Origin: Intoshia linei
Taxonomy: Eukaryota > Animalia > Orthonectida
DNA: 53,488 nucleotides
Assembly (NCBI GenBank): GCA_001642005.1
Contig: LWCA01000109.1
Coordinates: forward strand, 1-53,488
Direction: 5' to 3'
Below, one piece after another: positions 25,844-36,900 of this stretch. A program made the translations under genes and the position numbers. Under the pieces are notes generated by a model. It did no database searches. It worked only from the letters and a program-made list of their open reading frames with translations, and was not told the DNA's origin. Position 1 is the first letter of the stretch; the number at the start of each line of letters is the position of its first letter.

Positions 25844-26056
25844 TATATCAGCAAAAAATGAAGCAATTAATAATTTTTGCAATAAATAATGTAAACAATT
25901 AAAATGATACAATATAATACAATTAAATAATATAAAACTTTACTTTATTAAAAAATGAATAAATTATCGTTACATATCGTGACGAAAAGTTTATTTCTTA
26001 CTATGGAAAAAAGTTGTTTCGACTTTTCTGCTGAATTTAATTAAACGTTAATTTAC
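25844..26056. promoter_or_regulatory. Probable bidirectional promoter between URM1 and NAA15
   Basis: Divergent start codons only 213 bp apart; inferred from layout only. Confidence 0.55.
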
Positions 26057-29000
26057 ATGTCTAAAGTAGAATTCTCCAACAGGGAAAAAAATTTGTATAA
26101 AAAATTATTGGTAATTGAATAAAGATGTAAAACGCTCATTTGATCATTTTAATTTTCTAGAAATGCTATGAATGCAAGCAATATAGAAATGGGATTAAAA
26201 TTTCAAAACAAATTTTGGATGTATTTCCCAATCATGGAGGTTTCATTTTTGTCAAATTTTAATTAAAATTTTTATTAGAAACTATTTCAATTAAGGGATT
26301 GTGTTTATATGGTATAGGTAAAAAAGAACAAGGTGAAAAATGCGTTAAGGAAGGTCTTCGTTATTCCATCAATAGTGACTTGTGTAATTTTTATTATTAA
26401 ATTTCAAAGGTAAAATTTTAATATGTTGAAATTTTTATTTTTACGTTTTTATTACATTTTAATCAAATAAAGTAGCATTCATTATTTATTCATATAAAAT
26501 TTAAAACTTGTTTTTCCATTATACTGTACAACTTTTATACAAAAATTACTACTAATGTATATAATTGTGTTTAATTTTTATTTCGATTGTGACTGAAAAT
26601 ATGGTATTGTATATAGTGATTATTCATGTTGGAAATATCTGTTTTTTCTATTTACAATTTTTTGATAAAAATTTATACTGGTTTTATTTTATTTTTATCA
26701 TAGGTTGGAGAGTTTACGGATTAATTCACAGATATAATCGACGTTATTCCGAATCTCTAAAATGTTATCGAAATGCGATAAAAATGGACGCTGTAAATTT
26801 TGATATTTACCTCATCTACTATTTAATTAGGTCAATCTAACCGTATTACGTGATAGTGCTGCCATCGAAATTCATCTTAGAGAATTTGACAATTTTAGGG
26901 TATTTTAATGTATTATTTATTTATTTACCATTTAAGGAAACTAGGCAAAAGTTACTGTTACAATCTTCTACTAAAACAGCTTGTTGGGTTGGATATTCTT
27001 TGGGGTACTATTTTTGTGGAGATTATAAAAACGCTCTCTGTGTATTTGATTCATTCAATGAAGATGTAATTATGGTTTATGTGTTCATTTGATATGTTTA
27101 TTTTAGAATACCGACTATAAATCTTTAGAACTTTGCGAAAAGGGAAATATCGTTCTATATTGTGTTAAATTGTACATGTTGAATCAAGAATATCAGAATG
27201 CATTGAATTATATCTATAAATCAAAAGATACTATTTTAGATCATATACAGATTTGGAAAGTTATGGGTACTTTATTATGATTATGATTTTAAAATATTTT
27301 TTAACTGGGATTGATCAGTGGACATTAAAAATTTATAGTCATTCTTAACTCTTAACATTGTAAAACAAGTTGGGAATTAAAAGTTTTCTATAGTTCTCCA
27401 TATATTTACAATTTTTTATATACCATTAAATTTTTTAAATTCGGAGGAATTTATAGTGTGTCAATTTGTAAATTATCTAGTTTTTTAAAGATTTATTTAA
27501 AACTTTTATATTTACGGTATCCGGCGAATGGATCTAAAACAATTGATATAGGATTGATTTTTTCATATTATTTTGATTTCTCTAGTACGTTTATGTATAA
27601 CTGTTTTTTAATCTAAAAAAACCTTTAAAATTTGATATGTTAAATAATGAGAATATTCTTAAACCCAACCATTTTTACGTGTTTTTACATTTTTACATTT
27701 CCATATTTGTGTGATTTTGACCATGAAGATGTGCATTTCTGAAGCTGCTATTTATCACAATGTTAATGATTTTATAACGGGTCCATAAATTTATGTTTTA
27801 TTAAATTTTTGGATTGATTTTATTTTTAAACCAAAGGAAAATTGGGTTTTTTACCCTGAACGACTCATATGCGGAAACTGAAAAATAGATATAAACACGC
27901 CCTGCGAAACACTGTATTAGAAATTGGTTTTTTTACATTCTACAACTGTTAATTTTTTAAATATACGGTAACACACACACAATCAATTAATTTTATAAAA
28001 GTAAAGGATATCTATAGCTATACTTTTAGTTGAAATATTGCAAAAATTGAACCGATTTGAAGATTGTTTGCAAGTATACTCATGTTTGTTAAATGCCAAT
28101 CCTCATTGTATGGGTTTTATCAAAGGTTTTATTGACATTTCAAAAATTGTTCATGAGACGAAAAACTCTGTTGAGGTATTATGTGAACTTTCTTCTAAAT
28201 ATCCTTCCTCGGTGGCTATTCAAAAAATGCTTATTTTGGCTTCTGATGGTTATTTATAATTAATTATTGGGGAGTATTTAATTAAAATACTGGCAGTTTT
28301 TAATAAAAAATTTTCAGTATTTTTAACAAAAATTGTCAGTAATAAAATGTACTTTCTCAGTATTCAATTACATATTTGTCAGTTTTTAATTGCTTTCTTG
28401 TCATTAAAAAAATATAATTGTAAGTTTGATGATTTTGGAGTGTCAATATAAAAATTAAAAATCTAGTTTTTGAAATAATATATCATACACTACAGACCCA
28501 AGTTAAAACTGAAATATTAAGATACCATATTACAAAAAAATTAGAAATATTCTATTGTGTTCACATCAGAGAATATTTTTTTATGAGAACAAATAGAATA
28601 TTTTACGAAAGCATTTTTTGTCAGTTTCATTATATACAGAAAATTCAATTTAAATACTGAAAGTATATTTAAAGTACTGACAAAATAATTTTTTTTTACT
28701 ACACTTCCAATTTAAATACTGACATTTAATTATTTATACTGATACTTTGTCAACTGGTTAACTGTTAATTAATTGAAAGGTTTTTATGGTAAATGTCTCG
28801 TTATGCTGCGCTAATTTACGAAGGGTTGTGGAAACACTGTTTTCACGGCATTGGTTATTTAAATTTAAAAATATGAGGCTTATAATTATTCATTTATCTA
28901 TTTAAAAATACTATTATATAGGAGAAAATTTAAAGATGATTATTAGAAAAATGGTATATGATGCAGCGAAGCGATCTCAATTTTCATTAGTTGAATTCCT

Positions 29001-31209
29001 TTCGTTTATGTACAAAGATTCTTATAAAGTAATTCAACTATTATTATATTTTATATATTCCATGTCTGATTATTTTAGTCTTGTTTGGTCTAAAGTTAAG
29101 TCCCATACCAATTTGTGATGTGCCGAATAGATAAATCAAAACTTTTGTTTTTTTCAAAATTTTATGAATTAAAATCAGTATAACCTTGCGGATTAGATGA
29201 AAATTCTCCTTTATAATATTCTCTAATATGTAAAAATTTTTAAACTGTCTAATGAAGGGGTTTCCAGGATTTTGACCTGTAATTTGACATTAATAAAATA
29301 TTGTAGAGTTACTTTACTTTGCGTTTTCTGTTGAATGATAAATTTTGAAATTTTTTGTGCGGATTTGAATTTGAAAACCGCTGGTGTAATACATTTATTA
29401 ATTAATAATTTAATAATTCGTATAATTTTCACAACATTAATTATACTCTTATTTTTAGATGCAAATGTTGCATACAGTTTTAAATGAAATTTGTAAAACA
29501 ATAGAAAATAATTATATTTTATCTCCATACGGTAATTAAAATTAAAATTAATGTTTAATTATAATCTACAATTAGACAATGTGGAAGAAACTGTTTACCC
29601 AAAGACTTTTGAGTTGTGTATTTATTATTACATGGCTTGCAACGATTTAAAGCTGAAAAATTATGATTTAGCCTTATCTTTTACCAGCAAATGTCGCCAA
29701 CACACTCCAAATTTTGTTGAGGTTATAGAATTGGAAGTTATTATTCATCATCAAGCACATGATAACAAAAAAGCCTTAGAATTGGCAAAGTTTTGTCAGA
29801 GTCTAGATTATGCTGATCGTTTTCTAAATCAATTGTATCAAAAGTCGCTTTTATTGAACAATGAGATAGAAGATGCTCTTTTAACCATGCATGCTTTTTC
29901 CAGGGTTTAAAATTATAATTGAAATTTCAAATTAATTATAGGATAATTCTAATCCGATTGTACAACTTGCAGATATGCAATGTTTATGGTTTATTACTAT
30001 GCAATGTGAAGCTGAATATCGACGAGGTCGTCTTGATCATTCCTTGAAATATTGCCATCAAATTTTTAATGTAATTTTAAAAAAAAAATTTTAGTTTCTT
30101 TTAGATTTTCGTCAATATTATCAATGACCAAATTGATTTTCATTCGTATTGTCTAGTTAAATATTTCATCAATGCTTACATTGATTTTATTCATTATGAA
30201 GATACGGCTATGCAACATTATTCTTTTAAACGTGCTTCAGAGTTGGCTGTGAAGGTTTTATTTCTATTTATACGATTATTATATCTATATATCTAAGATT
30301 TATCTTGAAATCTATGACGGCTCGGAAAATTTTTTGATTTGCAAAATGAAAAAAATTAAAATTGGTAATTTGTCGATTTACATTGTTTGTTAATTAATTA
30401 ATTAACAGACGATTCAATTTTAACTAAAACTTTTAAAAGTTGCAAGCGAAATAAGCCTATTGTTGACATTTATGATAAACCTACAGAAATTTTGGAGCCT
30501 AATCAATATTTTTCTGTAATTGTTGTGTATTTATTATAATGGTAATTCTAGACCAAAACACCATTAATAGATTGCTTACCTTTTCTCAAAAATTTGATTT
30601 TAAACTTTCCAGATGATTTACATACAAATTATCTAGCCTACAAAGTGTACAAAAGGATAGGTATCATGAATTAATTATGAAAAATTTACATTGGTTTAGG
30701 AAATTTACAAGAAATATTCAAATACCTTAAAAATTGTATACAAATTGATGAAAATCATTACTATACTCACGAATGTATATACGATGTTTTGACTACAATA
30801 TGTACTCGTTTTCTTTATTTTTTAATTCATCATTTAGCTAATAATCTTAACCAAACCGAAATTGACGCTTTGCCTCAATTCCTTCAAAATATAAATATAA
30901 TTCAACTTGTAGATAATTGGCGTGATAAAAACAAAAATTCGATATTTCATCAATATATTTGTAATGCATTTTTTTCAGATTTGAAATTTTTCATTAGATT
31001 CAAAGTGTGATAAAAATGTTGAAAAATTTGAAGAAAATTTATATATTATTCTAAAGGACATGGTGGACAATAAGAGTAAACCTAATTGTTCTGATTATGT
31101 CCATATATACAAAGAAATACAATCTCAGTCCAGTTTAAATTTGAAGGAAAATGTCATGCTTCATTTTAAAAATACACTTCACAAAATATTTCCTCTATTA
31201 AAGCTTTAA
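26057..31209 (+). CDS. NAA15: N-alpha-acetyltransferase auxiliary subunit NAA15/16 (TPR protein, about 18-19 exons)
   Basis: REKNLYKKLLKCYECKQYRNGIK, FPNHGETISIKGL, WRVYGLIHR...YSESLKCYRNAIKMD, HTPNFVE, LDYADRFLN, LADMQCLWF and DQIDFHSYCL. Confidence 0.93.
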
Positions 31210-31325
31210 TTTACTAAAATTCAAAAAAATTTTAACTGTTTATTAAATATTTAATGTTCATAGATTTCAATTAAATTTTGATCAAAGTTTTTGTTGAGTT
31301 TTATAATTTTTTTATTAATTCACAG

Positions 31326-31473
31326 AGGGGTGCACGAACGCTACCCAACCATAACAAATTCTTTGCTCAACAAAGCTAATACAATGTTGCAGATGCCTTT
31401 AAAACTGTGTAATATGATAACGACATCTGGCCCGAGAGCTATATGATCATCTCGGATACTGCATTTGTAAATT
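31326..31473 (-). ncRNA. U1 snRNA variant A (5' arm AUUUAC-AAA); promoter interrupted by a MITE
   Basis: Reverse complement shows SL1 UCCGAGAU-GAUCAUAUAG-CUCUCGGG, SL2 loop AUUACAC (degenerate AUUGCAC), SL3, Sm-like AAUUUGUUAU and SL4 GGGUAGCG-UUCG-UGCACCCC. Confidence 0.8.
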
Positions 31474-31478
31474 AACTA

Positions 31479-31937
31479 CAGTCTAACTCGTCAATAATAA
31501 ATACCGTAAATAATGAACAAGTTTTTGTCAAAATTCATCCCTTTTATAGTAAATTTCTTATACATTCATTACTTATCGTGATTTTTTAATAATGAATCTG
31601 AAAAAAATAAAAATATTTATATGTTAACAGGGAGACCAAGGTCTGCAAAAATTTATTGACTAAATGGAATGTTAACAGTTTTGAAATACGTCACGTAATT
31701 ACTTTTTATTAGATATGGATTGTCAGTCTTTTTGGTTTATAAAAGACTGACAAGCCGTAATAAAAAGTAAGTTGTATCTACAAAAATGTTAGTGAAAATG
31801 AAAATAATTATTGAAATTTTTAGAGTTTTTAAAAAGGTATCCCTTTAATTCAAAATGTTGATTAAATCACCAAATTGTTTAATAATGAATGTGCCAAAAA
31901 TTCAACATTTAACGTTCATTATTGACGAGTCCGACTG
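31479..31937. mobile_element. Tc1/mariner/pogo-type MITE
   Basis: TA|CAGTCTAACTCGTCAATAAT ... ATTATTGACGAGTCCGACTG|TA, with an internal palindrome at about 31695-31772. Confidence 0.85.
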
Positions 31938-33056
31938 TAATATCGTTGACTTAAAAGGTTAAAATTTAGAAAAAATTAATTTTACACGCATAATATATTC
32001 AAATTTCATTTTTACTTGAATTTTACAATAACAGTCAAGTCGATTTAAAAAAATATTCAAATGAAACAATTAATATTTGTTAATACACATTATTTTATTA
32101 TCAAACTTTTTTAATTTGATTATTAACAGTTAATTTTACCTTTCATTTCTTTAAACAGGTAAATCGTTGAATTTTAATTACTTTGACAGTAATCTAATTC
32201 ACAGTTTTTCATTAATCAAAATACTACAGATAAATAAAAATCAATAATTTGTCAACAAAAGTTTACATTCAATTAACATAATCACAAATTGTTGAATATT
32301 AATTTTTCATTACTAAAATAAAGATACGTGTATTGGTACATTTTAAAAATTTATTAATACATAATAAATTATACATTTTTCTAGCAACTAATAAATTAAT
32401 ATTCTTATGTTCAATATAACTTTTAGTTCAAAGTTGAACATTTTTTAACACTCAATATCTAATAAATTTTACTTTGTATCAAATTTATTAAGTGTATAAA
32501 TGTAAGACAGAAGGAACAATGTTCATTGAATATTGTAATAGTGTTAAAATAATTTTAAATTTTTTTGTTTCGTTGATGAAATAATTTCCCAAGTTTGTTT
32601 CTTAAGTTTTGACATTCAAGATATTTTTGAAATTTATGATAATGTTCATGATTATAAAATCTTTATCAGAGTCAGAACCATATGACCCGGCATACAATCA
32701 TGAGGGTCCTAATATTTTAATTTATTAATATTTAATGTTGGAAAATTGCTTATGTATATTAAAATTATGATGACTAATTCGATTTGCAACTATTATTTTC
32801 AATTTTTAAACGATCGATTAAACGTCCCAATTTAAAACATTATTGATAAGGGCCTACTGCTGACTCTTTACAGTCCTGATCAGAGTATTTTTTTAAATTC
32901 TAAGACTCGTTTGAGTTTTAAAAAAAATGTAAAAAGCAAAGATATACAGAGATGTAAGTTTTTGAGATTGATATTTATCTTACTTTCCCCTAAAAAATCT
33001 GAATTCAACACAAACAAAGAGTTTTATTCAAGATAAGGTTCTAATTTAATTTTAAA

Positions 33057-33210
33057 TGAGGGTGCGCGAACGCTACCCCGAGTATAATAAATTTTCTGCT
33101 CAACAATGCCAAAGGCAAGGTTGCAAGTCAAAAAACAAGGCTATGTGCAATGCAATGTCTCAACTTGGCCCGAAGTCTCGTTGATCACTTCAGTGCTGCA
33201 AAAGTAAATT
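33057..33210 (-). ncRNA. U1 snRNA variant B (5' arm AUUUAC-UUU)
   Basis: SL1 CUGAAGU-GAUCAACGAG-ACUUCGG (U1-70K-type loop), SL2 with AUUGCAC (U1A site), SL3, Sm-like AAUUUAUUAU and SL4 GGGGUAGCG-UUCG-CGCACCCUC. Confidence 0.88.
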
Positions 33211-33270
33211 AAAAATAAAGATTGTAAAATGATTCTTATCAATTTTATTCAAAGGTAAACAAGAAAAGAT

Positions 33271-33284
33271 GCATAATTTATTCA
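33271..33284 (-). promoter_or_regulatory. Candidate snRNA proximal sequence element, TGAATA(A/T)ATTATGC
   Basis: The same 14-mer (one mismatch) occurs at 35212-35225 and 31988-32001, at an identical offset from the 5' arm in copies B and C. Confidence 0.65.
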
Positions 33285-33460
33285 CATGTTTAATTTTCAA
33301 ATTTTAGCAATCAATAATACATTTTAAAATACCATATATTATGTAAAAATAAATATATATATAATACTTAAGTTTAATTAATCATTTTAATAATAGTTGG
33401 ACTAATTTCTTTTACTAATAATAAATTTTAGTAAAATTTAAACTTTTAGAGAAATCTTTA

Positions 33461-33471
33461 TTACTTTGACA
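33461..33471 (-). promoter_or_regulatory. Candidate snRNA distal element, TGTCAAAGTAA
   Basis: Identical 11-mer at 35403-35413 and 32178-32188, always 190-191 nt upstream of the proximal motif. Confidence 0.6.
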
Positions 33472-33925
33472 ATTTTCACTTTTGTGTAAATAAAATGTTT
33501 ACTTAACGAAAAAGGATATGTTTTATTGACTACATATAAAATTATACAGTATTTTGATTTAAATTTTAAAATTTTAGTATTTATTTTAATTCAACTCAAT
33601 TTGAGAAGTATACACATGAAATATTGATACATATGTATTATACATTTTATAATCTTTTATAATAATTATTATCATGTAATTGAATATCGGTTTGATTACA
33701 TTTGCATCACTCGAAAATTTAACAGCATAATGTATCAATTTCAATGCCCAATTCTGATAATGCTTCGTCTTGATCTAAAACAAACAGTAAGGCTCATCAT
33801 TATGTGAATGCATTTTGCTAAATTTGGATCAAACTCTCATGGACTATACAAAATGAATGTTTACTATATTAAATTTCTCCATTCAGAAATTTTCATATTT
33901 AAATGATTTTTAAAATTAACACATA

Positions 33926-36900
33926 ATGAATTCTAGAAAATCTGATGATGATTACAATATTGGACAACGATACCCCGTCTATCGTGGTATGTCACCAACT
34001 AGTGAACATAGAATGGAGGTAAATCTGTATTCCATGCATCATTGTATATACAGTATCAGCGGCCACCAAACTATATAATAAAATTCGCGGCTAGATGGAT
34101 ATTGAATGCCCCATATACCATTTCAAAAAATTTGGTTTTCTATTCATTGTAAATATTATAGCGGTTGCATAATATAATTATGTTATAATAGTAGTTTTGT
34201 TCAGCGTTAAACTGCATGAGTAAAAAAATGTTGCCCACCATCTGAAATTTTTTGTAAAATCACTTTTTAATTTATAATAATATCTCCTTGATGATGGTCC
34301 TTTCCTTAGCTTAAAATAAGATAAATCGATGACATATAAGTCATACGATTAAAAGAACATAATTCTGATATGTATACATAAAGATTAATAATAGGAATAT
34401 AACTGCAACTATTATTTAAAAAAATTTCATATTTTAGTTTAATTTTATAGTTGTACTAATTGTTAAACTAAACTGTTAAACTATAATTTGTTAATAAGAT
34501 ATTATAATGTTTATCAATCAGGATCCATCTGTGTGTGACCTCACTGAGGACTTCTTCAATTGATAGATATTTAATTTTTATGAATTTTCGAATTATATCA
34601 TAGTGTAGTGCTCACTGCTGCATATAATTAGAAGGGATGTTTAGGCTTTTATCGTCTCGACAGTCACAAATTAATCATTTTAATTGCACGAAATATTTCT
34701 TTGTTCGTACTCATTTCTAACCTGTTGTGTTATAATCAAACTTATATTGATATATTATTTAGAAAAAAATGAACGAGTTGGAAGAAGTAGTCGAAATTGA
34801 AAGAGACGCTCGATTACGCGTAATATTCAATAGTCCATCAATACATTAAATATTAATATTAATTATAAATAATTATTATAATTAATCTTAATTATCAATT
34901 AAAATTATTATAATATATAAAATGGTATAACCAATACATTTTGATTACAAATTTAATGTAACCACGTTTTGTAAAAACTAAAATCTTTTATTCATTGATT
35001 AAGGGGTACGCGAACGGTACCCAACCATAACAAATTATTTGCTCAACAAAGCTAATGCAATGTTGCAGATGCCTTTAAAACAGTGTGCAATATAATAACG
35101 ACATCTGGCCCAAGACCTATATGATCATCTCGGATACTGCAGTCGTATATTAACTGTACAGTATTATCACTGACTTAAAAGTTTTAAATTTAGAAAAAAA
35201 TAATTTCGTACGCATAATATATTCAAATTTAATTTTTATGTGAATTTTACTATACCAATATTATAGATTTAACTAAATATCGAAAATTAAACAATGAATA
35301 TTTATTATGTACATTATTGTATTCATTAAATTTTTTAATTTATCTTAAAGTGTTAATTTTAGCTATTATTTCCTGTAAAAAGGTAAAAATTGTATATTTT
35401 AATTACTTTGACAGTAATCTTTTTCAGTTTTTGATTTTATCAAAATTTTGTATGTCATATTAATATTATCATAATATACATCATGTAATAATCAAAAATG
35501 TAAAAATCAATATTATTTAATACAGTCAAAGTTTAACAGTCAAACATTAACGGAAATTTCCATTTTAACGGAATTTTGAATTATTTTTTTTCTTAACCAA
35601 TGTGTATGAACCAAAAATTTGATCTCTAATGCTTTAGAATCTATTTTTAATCACTATCATAAATATAATTTCATTTTTTTACTAATTAAAAGTAAATTTA
35701 TTGTTTTTTATCAAATTTTTAATAGATATTAAACAAGATTATGTTAATTAAAAATAATTTTAAATTTATTTTATTTCAGTATATAATTTAAAATTGATAA
35801 AATTTTTCATGAACTCAAAAATACTTCTGTCAACCCCAGGAACCATATGGACCAGTTGATAATATTTTGTGTATATTACTTCGTCATACATTATTCAAAA
35901 AATCATAATAACAATAAATATGACCATTTAATGGTTTTTACATAAAAAAATTAAATTCCGTTAATAAGTATGTTACTACATGAATCATTACTACTGTATG
36001 AGGAAAATTCACTATTAACAGAATTACCGAATTTGCATCCCGTAATTACGACTTTGACAGTACAATGTATAATGTTATACACTAGTTACCACGAAAATTT
36101 TTGACCTGCGGGTCGGATAAACTAAAACAAATATACGTCAAATATATGCCAAATAGAAATACAAACATATGTGGCGTATTTAAAATTATAAATAAAAAAT
36201 TGATAAATTGATAGCTCTCACCAAAAAGTTGAAAGCGTCCATATTTTTTTACTTTCTTGTGCACCAATTTCTTCGACCATCATAAATTACTAAACACCCA
36301 AATTGCAAACCCGGTTCTAACATTTCAAACAATAATAAGTATTTTTTGTATAGTTAGAATTTTTAATAAACCAAATTATTTGACACAAAACTCTATTACA
36401 GAAGTTCCCACTTTTTTTTTACAGTGGACCTGTAATAAATTATATTTTAAATTATATTAAATTATATATTTATAAATATGTAATCATGTACATTTAATGT
36501 ATAATGTATGAGTTAAATGTAGCTTAAATTAAATCCTTATTGATTACTAATACGATAAATAACATTTAGATGGAAAAGGAATATAGTGATCTATCCATTA
36601 AATTTGAATCAACATTGGATCAATTACAAGAATTGGAAGATTTACAATCTGGACAGGTTCTAAACTTAAATATGCGTAGTAGATATATGGTTCACAATGT
36701 GAACTTCACATTGATTGATGTACCAAATTGATGATTCTTTAAATTTTCGAGCTCATTTGATTTTTAAAAAAAAAGGCGTCGGGTTTTTGACCCTAAAAAA
36801 CCCAATTTTGGGAAATAAAACATAGATATAACATCACCTGCAAAAAATTGTATTATAAATTGGGCTTGTTTAAAATTTAAAGAGGTGGGGAAGCATTTAC

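Noticed and set aside
31326-35151. The three repeats as a SINE/tRNA-derived family, U11 or SL RNA
   Set aside because: No A/B boxes, tails or TSDs. They carry the U1-specific GAUCA loop, AUUGCAC loop and UUCG SL4 in the correct order, and lack the U11 5' AAAAAGGGC sequence.
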